Below, piece after piece: positions 38,798 through 48,760 of a stretch of DNA of 64,000 bases. Both the position numbers and the translations under genes were made by a program. Position 1 is the stretch's first letter, and each line of letters opens with the position of its first letter. Origin of the DNA: an uncultured bacterium (GTDB lineage: Bacteria > Omnitrophota > Omnitrophia > Omnitrophales > Abzuiibacteriaceae); NCBI GenBank assembly GCA_964387845.1, contig CAYLXA010000001.1, forward strand, positions 160,001 to 224,000. The letters run 5' to 3'. Under the pieces are notes generated by a model, which saw nothing but the letters and a program-made list of their open reading frames with translations, searched no databases and had not been told where the DNA came from.

Positions 38798-38870
38798 TGG
38801 CGGGGGGCGGGATCGAACCGCCGACGCGAGGCTTATGAGTCCTCTGCTCTACCAACTGAGCTACCCCGCC
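38798..38870 (-). tRNA. tRNA with anticodon CAT (elongator Met, or lysidine-modified Ile2); CCA not encoded
   Basis: GGCGGGGTAGCTCAGTTGGTAGAGCAGAGGACTCATAAGCCTCGCGTCGGCGGTTCGATCCCGCCCCCCGCCA. G1-C72 pairing argues against an initiator. A31/G39 is a mismatch. Confidence 0.75.
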
Positions 38871-38987
38871 GGAAAAAGAGCATGCCATTATATGAAACAC
38901 TTTGACTTAATTCAATGATATTGAAAGTCTCCCGGAACCGAATGCCCGCTCTACAAATGGGGCTCAGAACATGTTAAAATTCAGCTT

Positions 38988-39761
38988 GTGATCATTCACT
39001 CACCCCTTAAAAATATCGGGATTTTAACCCTGACCGCCGCGCTTTCACTTCCGCCGGCCATACTTTACGCAGCACCGTCGTTGATCAAAACCATCCTGCG
39101 CGCCAATCAATCGACGGTTGCCATTTTGGCGGAATCCGGCGGAATGACGCCGATTGCCGCAAAGCCATTTGTGGTCCAGGAAACCGGTGAAATTTTGATC
39201 GCCATGGCGTACCGGGGCGTCAAATATAACCGGACGGGTTCCGGCATTATTTTGCACAGCTCGGGCTTTATTGCCGCAAACCATCACGTGGTCGATGAAG
39301 CCGGGCGCATCACGGTCACTTTGCCTAATGGCACTAATTATGAAGCTGAAATTGTACACAAGGCACCCGAAAGTGATATCGCGATTTTAAAAATCAAAGC
39401 GCCCGATGAACTAATTTCCGTAGAACTTGCCGATTCCGACACGATTCAGCTGGAAGACAAAGTTTACTTGATCGGTAATTCGGAATTGATTAAAAACACG
39501 CTCAGCGAAGGAAAAATCACGGGGATAGGCGAAAGCACAAATCCTTCCGAAAACGGCAGAAAACAAAACGCCATCATCGAAGTGAATTTTGAACTGCACA
39601 AAGGCGACAGCGGCTCGCCTATTCTCAATCAATACGGCGAATGTCTGGGTATCGTAACGGCCGGACGAGAAGGGCAAAGCGCGACCTACGTGATTCCTTC
39701 CAACTTAATCAAGGCGCATTTCAAGAATTATTCGAAGCAGAATCCGGTGGAAACAATGTAG
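38988..39761 (+). CDS. Secreted trypsin-like serine protease
   Basis: Signal peptide, then catalytic H (AANHHV), D, and GDSGSP. Confidence 0.75.
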   Translation: MIIHSPLKNIGILTLTAALSLPPAILYAAPSLIKTILRANQSTVAILAESGGMTPIAAKPFVVQETGEILIAMAYRGVKYNRTGSGIILHSSGFIAANHHVVDEAGRITVTLPNGTNYEAEIVHKAPESDIAILKIKAPDELISVELADSDTIQLEDKVYLIGNSELIKNTLSEGKITGIGESTNPSENGRKQNAIIEVNFELHKGDSGSPILNQYGECLGIVTAGREGQSATYVIPSNLIKAHFKNYSKQNPVETM

Positions 39762-40107
39762 GAGCGTATTCCGCTTTCGGGATTGGAATTTCCGAAACCG
39801 GTTTTGATTTTTTAAGTAATTCTAAACACACCGATAAATCTGAAATTAATCTTTCGACATTCAAACCCATCATCGCCGGCTGATACGGCTCTAAATATGT
39901 CATCGAAGATTCCAACAAGCCTTTGGCGCCGCTCAAAGTTCCTTTGCGCAATAAATGAAGCGCGGCGGCGGCTTGAATCACGCCTTTGTAGAAATCTTTG
40001 TGAATTCCCCTTGTTTCAAGCCACAGGCCTTCGATTACTTCATGGGACTCAAAAAATTCTTCACGATTAAACAACTCCAGCCCCTTCACAAATCGATCGT
40101 CAACCAT
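39721..40107 (-). CDS. DUF309 domain protein
   Basis: GLELFNREEFFESHEVIEGLW. Confidence 0.5.
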   Translation of the reverse strand: MVDDRFVKGLELFNREEFFESHEVIEGLWLETRGIHKDFYKGVIQAAAALHLLRKGTLSGAKGLLESSMTYLEPYQPAMMGLNVERLISDLSVCLELLKKSKPVSEIPIPKAEYAPTLFPPDSASNNS

Positions 40108-40110
40108 GAA

Positions 40111-40530
40111 TCACAAATGCTTGGCAAGATATTTTAAAATATCGATTTGTGTCACAATCCCAACCAAAGCTTTATCAGATTGGACAATCGGAATAGCGCC
40201 GTATTTAAATTCAGCCATCATTTTGACTGCTTTGGAAATAGGATCGTCCGCATGCAAGGCGGCAGGATCCGGCGTCATATAATGCTTCAAGATAAATTCG
40301 TCCAGTTCATCAGGATCATAATAAGGCCCGTCATCCGTTTCCCGCGGCCGGGCGGCCCGAAGCAAGTCGCGCTGCGTAATGATGCCGATCAATTTGTTGC
40401 CCGAATCAACCACCGGCAAATGGCGGATCTTGTTCAGGCGGAGTTTTTCTTCCACATGGCTGAAAGGCTCGTCTTCTTTAATTGAAATGACTTTGGTTAT
40501 CATGATTTCTTTCACCGGAATATCGAGCAT
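40111..40530 (-). CDS. CBS domain pair protein
   Basis: Two CBS motifs (IRHLPVVD..., GAIPIVQSD...). Confidence 0.7.
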   Translation of the reverse strand: MLDIPVKEIMITKVISIKEDEPFSHVEEKLRLNKIRHLPVVDSGNKLIGIITQRDLLRAARPRETDDGPYYDPDELDEFILKHYMTPDPAALHADDPISKAVKMMAEFKYGAIPIVQSDKALVGIVTQIDILKYLAKHL

Positions 40531-40543
40531 GTGATTTCCTTTC

Positions 40544-42370
40544 CTAATTTACTTCCTGCAGCGACATGACAGGCGCATACAGCCCTTTTTGCTCCCGCGT
40601 CCACCAAGCGCCCGTCGCTTTTCGTGTTTTAAAATCCGTAAAATGGTATTCATACAAAACAGCGCGCAAATATTGAGGCGCTTTCTCCGGAAACGGATTT
40701 TTCTTCATCAATCCGAGCACTTCCTTCGAATTTTCCAGGATCTTTTTCGAAAAGGCAATCAACCAGCGGTTGTTTTGAAAACGCCCGAGCGCGGCAAACC
40801 ACATCTGCCAATCCAGGCGCGGCTGGTGCGGAATATTAAATTTCGGACGGCGCGTCACATCGCCGGGCTTATATTGAAATTCATATTCAAGCCACGTTTC
40901 ACCGTCTTCCGATCCCTCAATCATAATTTCCGGGCGTTTCGTGGTCATGACGGCAAACAAACCGTAACCATTGACGACTTGAAAAGACGACACGATTTCG
41001 GACAGAAAACGGATCGGCCGGAGGACGTAAGGGCGGCCGAAAAGCCGGTCAAGCGATTGCCCAACCGAAACCACCAACAACACGACGAGCATCATCACCG
41101 TCATTTTTTTCCGCAATGAAAGCGCCGGTGCACCATTTTGCCGAACGGATTTCTCACTTTCTTTCCGCCAGCCAAGCGTGCCGAGCACTTGGTCATCGAG
41201 CAGCATCAAGCAAAGCGCCATCGTGAGCAGATTGAAAAAGCAATAATTACCGGTTGCGAGAATGACGATCTGAAATGTGATTAATAGACTGTAAGCCCAA
41301 AGTCTTATTTTTTTCGGCGAGAAAATAAAAAACGGCACAATGAGCTCAATCGCAAACATGTACACGGCCGACACTTTTTGAAACCAGAGCGGCAGCTGGT
41401 GTATATACCACGCAACCCAGGTCGGAAGCGGCTGAGTTTCGTAATGATACAGAAGCGCCGTCAAATCGCGCCAAGTGGCATCACCGCTTGCCAGCTTCAC
41501 AAATCCGGAGAAGAACATCAAACGAAACAATAAAAATTTTAAAAGCCAAACGGCGAGCTTCGGCGGCTCGGGGCTTTCGGCTAGATGGTCAAACCGTTTG
41601 AAAGGCGATAAAAAAATGGTGAGAAATCCCGCTTCAAGCAAAAGCGCATCCCATTGGAATGATAAGAACTCGCGCCCGACATTTGCGATGGATAAATAAA
41701 ACAGCCACAACAAAAAGGAAACAGGTCCCGGATAAACGCCGGCGATTAATAGAATGGAACCGATGGTTCCGGCCGCACAAATGAAGTGGAGGGCAAAATC
41801 GTTTGCGCCGAACCAAAACAAAGTCGGCAGCAAAAAGAATTTTTCGAGCCCGATTTTTTCGGAAACCGCATTTAAAAAACTCTGGGCCGGCAAAATACCG
41901 TCTGTTCCCAAAAGCGCCGAGATCTGGGTCCACATCGAAACAAATGCAAGCAAATAAATGAAACCGATGGATTTTACGAAAATCCAGCGGACAATCGACA
42001 TTGGCGGAGCGCAAAGAGTGCAGGATTCGCCGGATTTTGAAAAAAACAGGCGGTTTTGCGCGACCAACTTGTAAACGAATTCTGAGACAGGTTTAAACAG
42101 CGGAACATGCTGATAGGCCCGCAAAAGCCACCGGTAGCGCGGCGACACCGACAAAACCCGGAAAGCGGCTTCTGCGGCGCGGTAGACGGAACCATCCGGG
42201 TCAACCAACTGAATCGCCTGACGGAATTGCGATTCGGGAATCTGCGGAAACTGAGCAGTAACTTCTTGGTAAGGCGCGTAATCAATCGCGGCGCCCGTTA
42301 TTTTCTTGGAGCGGTTAACCCAGCGAGTGCAAAAGGCACAATCGCCGTCGTAAATGAGGAGCGGTTTCAT
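40544..42370 (-). CDS. DCC1-like thiol-disulfide oxidoreductase (DUF393) fused to HTTM / lipase-maturation-factor-like membrane domain
   Basis: N-terminus LIYDGDCAFCTRWV, then ~10 predicted TM helices and a C-terminal LMF-like region. Confidence 0.6.
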   Translation of the reverse strand: MKPLLIYDGDCAFCTRWVNRSKKITGAAIDYAPYQEVTAQFPQIPESQFRQAIQLVDPDGSVYRAAEAAFRVLSVSPRYRWLLRAYQHVPLFKPVSEFVYKLVAQNRLFFSKSGESCTLCAPPMSIVRWIFVKSIGFIYLLAFVSMWTQISALLGTDGILPAQSFLNAVSEKIGLEKFFLLPTLFWFGANDFALHFICAAGTIGSILLIAGVYPGPVSFLLWLFYLSIANVGREFLSFQWDALLLEAGFLTIFLSPFKRFDHLAESPEPPKLAVWLLKFLLFRLMFFSGFVKLASGDATWRDLTALLYHYETQPLPTWVAWYIHQLPLWFQKVSAVYMFAIELIVPFFIFSPKKIRLWAYSLLITFQIVILATGNYCFFNLLTMALCLMLLDDQVLGTLGWRKESEKSVRQNGAPALSLRKKMTVMMLVVLLVVSVGQSLDRLFGRPYVLRPIRFLSEIVSSFQVVNGYGLFAVMTTKRPEIMIEGSEDGETWLEYEFQYKPGDVTRRPKFNIPHQPRLDWQMWFAALGRFQNNRWLIAFSKKILENSKEVLGLMKKNPFPEKAPQYLRAVLYEYHFTDFKTRKATGAWWTREQKGLYAPVMSLQEVN

Positions 42371-43182
42371 TCTTTCATCTTTTTTAAAATCAACGCGGCG
42401 GTTTCTTCAATCGCGCGGTCGGAAATGTCAATCACCTGCCATTCAAATTTTCGATAAATTCCTCTCGCCCATTTGATTTCCTGATGAATGGCTTCTAAAT
42501 CAACGTAACTGCCCGGGACTTCGTCCCATTCCCTTTTACGCTTAATACGGACCTCCATCAGCTTCTCGGGCGTGATCGTAAATCCAATGACACGACGGTC
42601 GCCTTTTAGCCTTTCAAATTCGGCGGTCATATCCACTTGAGGCGCAATCGGGATATTGGCTACTTTGAAGCCTTTTGTTGCCAAATAAATGCTCGTCGGC
42701 GTTTTGGAAGTTCTTGAAGGCCCGACCAAAATGATGTCTGCTTGCTTTAAATTTCCGAATCCAGCGCCGTCATCATGATTGTTCGTAAACTCGATGGCGG
42801 CCACGCGGCGGAGATATTCATCGTCAATCGGGTGAATCGCTTTGGCATTCCAATCCGGCTTCGTTTTTAAATGCTGGATTAAAAAATCGGTCGGCGGGCC
42901 GGTAAGGTCGAAGACCGGGATTTTTTTCTTTTTTGCTTTCTTCTCAATGGAGTTTTTTAATTCTCGAGACACAACCGTATGAAATAAAACACTGTTGTGA
43001 TTGTGCATTTCGCCGAGAGCTTTGGCAACGCCGGCTTCATCTTCTACAAAATTAAACTTGGTCAGCGAAATCGGATCATTCGGAAACTGGGTGATGAGCG
43101 CATTGGTGAAACGTTCGCCCAATTCCCCCGTTGAATCGGAAATGAGATAAATATTTTTCGGCTTGGCTTCTGTTTTCGCCAT
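42367..43182 (-). CDS. ppsR: Pyruvate,phosphate dikinase / PEP synthase regulatory protein (DUF299 kinase/pyrophosphorylase)
   Basis: IYLISDSTGELGE...ILVGPSRTSKTPTSIYLA. Confidence 0.8.
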   Translation of the reverse strand: MAKTEAKPKNIYLISDSTGELGERFTNALITQFPNDPISLTKFNFVEDEAGVAKALGEMHNHNSVLFHTVVSRELKNSIEKKAKKKKIPVFDLTGPPTDFLIQHLKTKPDWNAKAIHPIDDEYLRRVAAIEFTNNHDDGAGFGNLKQADIILVGPSRTSKTPTSIYLATKGFKVANIPIAPQVDMTAEFERLKGDRRVIGFTITPEKLMEVRIKRKREWDEVPGSYVDLEAIHQEIKWARGIYRKFEWQVIDISDRAIEETAALILKKMKE

Positions 43183-43191
43183 AAAGTTGAC

Positions 43192-43671
43192 TTACCCGCC
43201 GTAGTGCCACGGCGTATCGGACATAACCAAAAAATCGGCATCTTGAGGCAATTGAGCTTCCACAACTTCGGCAATGACGAGCGCATGATCGCCGAAACCT
43301 TCCGCCACCTGCTTGACCTCGCATTCCAAATAACCGATCGCATCATCCAAAATCGGCGCGCCGGTTTTCTCGGTGCGAAACGCATATTGGCCAAGCCGGT
43401 TCCCCTCGCGCGTTGCCGATTTGAAAAAGTGCTCGATAATCGCTTTGCCGTTCTTCCCCACAAAATTCACCGTGAGGACTTTACCTTCCTTAATCATTTC
43501 AAGCGATTTGGTTGCGTTCCGGACGCCAATCGCAACCGCAGGCGGGTTCATCGACACTTGTGTGAGCCAGCTCCCCGTAAATCCGTGCAATTCATTTCCG
43601 GATTTAACGCCGATCACGTAAAGCCCGTACGGGATTTTTCTGAGTAATTTCTTTTTAATATCGGGATTCAT
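43192..43671 (-). CDS. Flavin reductase-like FMN-binding protein
   Basis: IPYGLYVIGVKSGNELHGFTGSWLTQVSMNPP. Confidence 0.7.
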   Translation of the reverse strand: MNPDIKKKLLRKIPYGLYVIGVKSGNELHGFTGSWLTQVSMNPPAVAIGVRNATKSLEMIKEGKVLTVNFVGKNGKAIIEHFFKSATREGNRLGQYAFRTEKTGAPILDDAIGYLECEVKQVAEGFGDHALVIAEVVEAQLPQDADFLVMSDTPWHYGG

Positions 43672-44009
43672 TAGATTTCCTTTTTTGCAAGCAATGCAAT
43701 TGCCTTATCCAAAATAGCCGGGAGATCTTTTTCTTCGACATACTTAAACCAAAGATTATCGGGCATCAGCAAAACATTGGCGCCTTCACTGCAAACGTCT
43801 AAGCATCCGGTGCGGCTGACGCGGATTTTGTGATTAAGGCCGCGCGCTTTTACCATTTCTTTTAAAGTTTCCCGGAGTTTGACGCCGTTTCGATGCGCGC
43901 AGCAAGCACCTTCTGTCTTTTCATTTTCACAAACTAGAATATATTTTCCGAAACGCGATTCCGAAATTTCCATGTCGATAATTGTAGCCGATGGAAAATC
44001 ATGGCTCAA
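43671..44009 (-). CDS. Thioredoxin-like [2Fe-2S] ferredoxin domain protein
   Basis: CxxC...CxxxC cysteines (CENEKTEGACCAH...TGCLDVCS). Confidence 0.6.
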   Translation of the reverse strand: MSHDFPSATIIDMEISESRFGKYILVCENEKTEGACCAHRNGVKLRETLKEMVKARGLNHKIRVSRTGCLDVCSEGANVLLMPDNLWFKYVEEKDLPAILDKAIALLAKKEI

Positions 44010-44057
44010 CCATTAAATCCTGTTCACGGATCGTCAACTTTTTGATAAATTAGCGTT

Positions 44058-45017
44058 ATGCATCGCGCACTGAGGCTTCTCTTTTTATCCGCTTTGATCG
44101 CCATCTTCGCCGCTTCAAACCCAACCCGTGCAGAAGAATCCGATCAAAATCCGGAGGCAATTCAGAAAAGTTTTCAGATCGCGCTCGCTAACTCTATCGC
44201 ACAACTGCGTAAAATCGAGGCCGGAAAAAAATACAAACTCCGGTCCATCAATGACTCCATCCGTTCAACTATCCGGGCTGCTGATGCACTCATGCAATAC
44301 GGCAGTTACCAGCAATCAGAACGGCTCCTTAAAGAAGCTCTCGACGCTTATCCTGAAAATATTATCGCTGCACTGATCCTGGCCGATGTTTTTGAATCTC
44401 AAGGAAAGCAGCAGGAAGCCAACCGGGCTTACGAGCAATTTTTGAAAGAAGGCGAAAAAGCCAGCCAGCTGACGAATGACGTAACCAGCTTCGAAGCACG
44501 GGCGGCTTTCGCGGCGTATGTGCGCGAAAAATTGGCCGCTCAGCAAATTTTCCCGCCCAAACCGCGCGGCTACAGTTTTCTGCCGCTTTCGCTCCGGCTT
44601 CAGACCGGTGAAAAATCATGGCTCCTGAGTTTTGTCGCGGGCGGCCTTCCGATGCTGATGGTTGTAACCTCCATTATTTTCATTCTCAGAAAAATATTTA
44701 ACCTTTATGAACCGAACGTGGCGTTAATCGACAAAATCGTTTTTGGATTGTTCATGACTTTTCTTTCCGCTTATATTTTGTGGTCCCTTCATCTTTTTTT
44801 GAATTTGCCGCCGCTTATCAAACCGGTTGAGTATGAAATTTTGGCACTGGTATGCATCGGTATTTCACTTTCCATTTTCAATGTGATTATGGAAAACCGC
44901 AGGAAAGAAGAGCGGTTCAAAAGCGACCCAACCCTTCAGAAATGCCCGCACTGCAAACGTTATATCGAGAAATTGATGGTGATCTGTCCGGTTTGCAACC
45001 GGGAAATTAAGGATTAG
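44058..45017 (+). CDS. TPR-like periplasmic domain, TM helices and C-terminal CxxC-CxxC zinc ribbon
   Basis: Signal peptide, a TPR-like region, three hydrophobic helices, and C-terminal CPHCKRYIEKLMVICPVCNREIKD. Confidence 0.6.
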   Translation: MHRALRLLFLSALIAIFAASNPTRAEESDQNPEAIQKSFQIALANSIAQLRKIEAGKKYKLRSINDSIRSTIRAADALMQYGSYQQSERLLKEALDAYPENIIAALILADVFESQGKQQEANRAYEQFLKEGEKASQLTNDVTSFEARAAFAAYVREKLAAQQIFPPKPRGYSFLPLSLRLQTGEKSWLLSFVAGGLPMLMVVTSIIFILRKIFNLYEPNVALIDKIVFGLFMTFLSAYILWSLHLFLNLPPLIKPVEYEILALVCIGISLSIFNVIMENRRKEERFKSDPTLQKCPHCKRYIEKLMVICPVCNREIKD

Positions 45018-46482
45018 CCTGCTGAGACACAGGCTCTTCGGAAGATTTTTTGGGTTTTAAAAGTTGAGCGAGGCCCTGCTCAAGCAGCTCCGCCCCAACC
45101 GTTTGAATCGTGCGAGCCGCCAAATTTCCGAAATCGGGCTGCGGGACTGCGCCCGGAACTCGGCCGCGATAAATAAACGGGATTGTTAGCTGGCCTTCGG
45201 GGCCTAGAATCAGCGACAGCTCTTTTACTTTTTTCAACATCGCTTCGCTAAGCACTTGGCCGATTACCAATGAACCTTTCAGATCAATAAAGCCATCCAG
45301 CCCGGCCGAACCTTTGAGGCCCATCGCATAGTCTTGATGCGTCAGTTCAATCGACTGAAGCGTCACGGCCTGATTCGAAATTTTATAGTTGGTTTTAAAT
45401 TGATCGAATTGCGTATCGTTACTTTTTAAAAGCACATCAAACCGCGGGCCCAGATCAAATTCAAAAAGAGCACCGATGCCCGGGATTTGCGTGATGCGCT
45501 CCAAATTTTCCCGAAGCAAATTTTTGTTCTTGAGCGCGCCCGAATCAATCGTCACGTAACCGGCGCTGCTCAACGTTCTTTGTAAATCCTCCGCCTGACT
45601 GCCGCGTGCGCTTGCCGTTAATTCCGCAGACAAAATTCCCGTAAAATACTCGCCGCGCTTCTGCTCTGCCGTTAAAAATGTGGAAAGATCCAAACGATCG
45701 ATTTTGATTTTGAAAGTTCCGGAAGGAATTTCGAATAAATGATCCAGCGACCCCGAAATCTGGATTGATTGATCGAGGCGCGCGTCAAATTCTAAACTGC
45801 TTTCCGGATAGGAGAACCGGCCTTCAGCTGAAAAATATTTCCGCTCACCGAGCAGCAATTCCCCGCTCGTTTTGAACGCAACCGGCGATTTAAACGAAAT
45901 GTTGCGCAGTTCCAAGTTCAGTTTTTCAACCGAAATCACAAGCGGCGGATGCGCTGTTATGTCCCGGTAAACCAAACTTCCGTTTGAAATGAGCACTTTA
46001 GAGATTTTGAAATCGGAAATCTCGGGAGGAAGCGCGGCCGAAGCGGTGCTGGGAGACGGTTGAGACGCTCCGGTTTGAAGCGAAAGCGCCGGCGCAGAAT
46101 TGCCCGTATTTTCGATAAAGATTTTTGGAGATTCGAGCAGGCATTCCGAAATTTCGATCTCTTTGCGAAAAAGCGGGGCAACTTCCAGATTCAGAAAAAA
46201 ACGATCCGCTTCAAATGAAATTTTCGGCGAGTCCGTTGCGCGGGGCTCTCCGAGCGTGAATTGGTCAACTTGAAGCGCAAGGCCGTTCCTGAATTTCAGC
46301 GACAGAGAACCGATTTCGGCAGGACGGCCGATTGTCTGCGAAATTTGTTTTTCGATGGTAGATTTGTAGCGATTCGCATCAAATGTTGCCACAAAAATCG
46401 CAAGTGTAATGGCAACCATTAAAATAATAATGAAAAACGCGATCAATATTTTTTTCATAAAGTTATCAATGCGCAGTGTCAC
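45007..46482 (-). CDS. AsmA family protein
   Basis: N-terminal signal-anchor and a long beta-rich periplasmic region, with AsmA-like architecture. Confidence 0.5.
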   Translation of the reverse strand: MTLRIDNFMKKILIAFFIIILMVAITLAIFVATFDANRYKSTIEKQISQTIGRPAEIGSLSLKFRNGLALQVDQFTLGEPRATDSPKISFEADRFFLNLEVAPLFRKEIEISECLLESPKIFIENTGNSAPALSLQTGASQPSPSTASAALPPEISDFKISKVLISNGSLVYRDITAHPPLVISVEKLNLELRNISFKSPVAFKTSGELLLGERKYFSAEGRFSYPESSLEFDARLDQSIQISGSLDHLFEIPSGTFKIKIDRLDLSTFLTAEQKRGEYFTGILSAELTASARGSQAEDLQRTLSSAGYVTIDSGALKNKNLLRENLERITQIPGIGALFEFDLGPRFDVLLKSNDTQFDQFKTNYKISNQAVTLQSIELTHQDYAMGLKGSAGLDGFIDLKGSLVIGQVLSEAMLKKVKELSLILGPEGQLTIPFIYRGRVPGAVPQPDFGNLAARTIQTVGAELLEQGLAQLLKPKKSSEEPVSQQANP

Positions 46483-46715
46483 TCATCATGAACAACATCA
46501 TCGTCGTCTTTATGCTTTAAATCATTCATGCGATCAGGGTCGCTTTTTATTTTCAAGAGCGCCCTTTCAATCCTCTGCAAGTCCTGCGGAGACGGCTGAA
46601 TCACCCGTTCTTCAATTTGATTCAAATAACTTTCGGGCATTCCGGTCAATGCCGCAAGTTCCAGCAGTTCGACTTTGAGCTCATTCCGTAAAATTTTTAA
46701 TTCGTGCAAATTCAT
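46479..46715 (-). CDS. XRE-family helix-turn-helix small protein
   Basis: LRNELKVELLELAALTGMPESYLNQIE is a classic HTH_XRE. Start is at the internal Met (MNLHEL). Confidence 0.6.
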   Translation of the reverse strand: MNLHELKILRNELKVELLELAALTGMPESYLNQIEERVIQPSPQDLQRIERALLKIKSDPDRMNDLKHKDDDDVVHDE

Positions 46716-47146
46716 GAATGCCTCGCCCTGTGTTCTTTTAGTATACATTTATTCATCACAACATGAAGCCCCGCCGCGCGGGCTTTTTCAGCGGATTCAT
46801 TATGCACAATGCCTTCTTGCATCCAAATCACGCGGGCTTTCAGCCGGATGGCCGCATCCACGATTTCCGGTATCGCTTCCGGCTTTCTGAAAATATCCAC
46901 AATATCAATTTTTTCTTTAATTTCGTCTAAACTATGATAGCTCTTCTCGTTGAATATCTCGTCGACGTTGGGATTAACGGGAATAATACGGTAGCCCTGA
47001 AATTTCAAATATTGCGCGACCCGGTAGCTGGGCCGGTCGGGCTTTTCGGATAAGCCAACGACTGCGATTGTTTTGGAAGTTTCTAAAATTCCGTCAATTT
47101 CGGCGGATTTTGCATTGGTTTTGGGGAATTCACATTCTCCAGCCAT
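46712..47146 (-). CDS. CoA-binding domain protein (YccU-like)
   Basis: IAVVGLSEKPDRPSYRVAQYLKFQGYRIIPVNP. Confidence 0.75.
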   Translation of the reverse strand: MAGECEFPKTNAKSAEIDGILETSKTIAVVGLSEKPDRPSYRVAQYLKFQGYRIIPVNPNVDEIFNEKSYHSLDEIKEKIDIVDIFRKPEAIPEIVDAAIRLKARVIWMQEGIVHNESAEKARAAGLHVVMNKCILKEHRARHS

Positions 47147-47280
47147 TAAAACTCCTTATCAAATTGCGGCTCTTTTAACCGATATATAGTATCAAAATGA
47201 TTGTTTAAATCAAAATTCATATTTATACTCTTATCGTTTCTCAGTTTATAAAATCGGCTAACTAGAAAAGAACAACCTTT

Positions 47281-48744
47281 ATGAATCCTGTTCTGTTTTC
47301 CATCATTGTGATCGCGGCTTGCTTCGGCATTTTCTATCTTTTCATGAAGAAGCAGGAAGACCTCCAGCGGCGAGAAAATATGCCGCAACCGAGCGGCGAT
47401 ACACCTCAAGGCGAAGTCACGGACACCATTTATCAGGAAATCAGCAAACTAAACGTTCCGACTTTTGCGAAGTCTCAAGTTTCACAAACCCTCGCCAAAA
47501 TTGTCGATCAGGAAATCCACAAAACCAAAGCCTACGTTTCCCAGCAAGTCGAGAAAAAATACACGAAAGTCCTGGAAGAAAAAACAAAAGAAGTTAAGGT
47601 CATTACGCAAAAGTATGAGGCAAGCGAGAAAAAATACGAAGGCGTGGTAAAAGAGAAAAAACAAACCGAGGCCGTGATGAAATCTATCGCGGAAGGGTTG
47701 GTTGTTGTGAATGAAAAAGGCGAAACGCTGCTCATGAATCCGGCCGCCGAGAAAATTCTCGGGGTCAGCAAGGAAAATTTGGTCGGTAAAAACGTTTCCA
47801 CCGCGCAAAAGGAAGGCAAGGTGATTTCACTTGCCCAGCAAACACCCGGTAAAGAAGAAAGCGAAATCACGGTCGTCAGCGAAGACGACAACACAAAGCG
47901 TGTCATCCGTTCCAGCACGGCCGTCATTCAAAATGAATCCGGGCAAACCGTCGGCATGGTGTCGGTTTTAACGGACGTTACCAAGCAAAAAGAGCTTGAT
48001 GAATTAAAAAATAAGTTTGTCTCGAACGTTTCGCACGAACTTCGCGCGCCGATGAATTGCATCAAAGAGTCGATTAATTTATTGCTTGAGCGCTTTGCAG
48101 GCGAAGTGAACCCCGAGCAACAGAAAATTCTGGAGCTTGCCAAACGCAATATCATCCGGCTTTCCGATTTGATTAATGACCTTCTGGATTTGGCCAAATT
48201 GGAATCCAAAGAATACAAATTGAAATATTCCACGTTCCGCCTGGAGGGGTTATTGCATCAAGTCGTTGCAACCTTTGATGCCTGGGCAAAAAGCAAGAAA
48301 GTTACTCTGGAATTCAAAAGCAATCCCGCTTCAATCGAAATTGAAGCCGATCATGACAAAATCATTCAGATTTTGACCAACCTGGTCAGCAACGCGCTTA
48401 AGTTTACGCCTGAGAACGGTAAAATTACGCTGGATGCCAAGTTGCTGCTTGGTGATACGCCGGGAGCACAAGGTTACGTGCAGGTCACCGTACAAGATTC
48501 GGGTGTCGGCATGACACAGGAAGACATTAAAAAACTGTTCCAAAAATTCGTGCAAGTGAGCTCCGCAACCAAAACAACCGCGACCGGCACAGGGCTTGGC
48601 CTTGCGATCGTCAAGGAAATCTGCGATATGCACGGCGGCCGCGTATGGGTTGAAAGCGAAGTCGAAAAAGGCAGCCGTTTTATGTTCGTGCTTCCCCAGC
48701 GCAATCCAAAACCTGAAGCTGCGCCGGCGGCTCAGGCCGCTTAA
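47281..48744 (+). CDS. Sensor histidine kinase with PAS domain
   Basis: TM, then PAS (EGLVVVNEKGETLLMNPAAEKILG), H-box FVSNVSHELRAPM, and HATPase GTGLGLAIVKE. Confidence 0.85.
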   Translation: MNPVLFSIIVIAACFGIFYLFMKKQEDLQRRENMPQPSGDTPQGEVTDTIYQEISKLNVPTFAKSQVSQTLAKIVDQEIHKTKAYVSQQVEKKYTKVLEEKTKEVKVITQKYEASEKKYEGVVKEKKQTEAVMKSIAEGLVVVNEKGETLLMNPAAEKILGVSKENLVGKNVSTAQKEGKVISLAQQTPGKEESEITVVSEDDNTKRVIRSSTAVIQNESGQTVGMVSVLTDVTKQKELDELKNKFVSNVSHELRAPMNCIKESINLLLERFAGEVNPEQQKILELAKRNIIRLSDLINDLLDLAKLESKEYKLKYSTFRLEGLLHQVVATFDAWAKSKKVTLEFKSNPASIEIEADHDKIIQILTNLVSNALKFTPENGKITLDAKLLLGDTPGAQGYVQVTVQDSGVGMTQEDIKKLFQKFVQVSSATKTTATGTGLGLAIVKEICDMHGGRVWVESEVEKGSRFMFVLPQRNPKPEAAPAAQAA

Positions 48745-48760
48745 TCCATAGGTTTATCGG

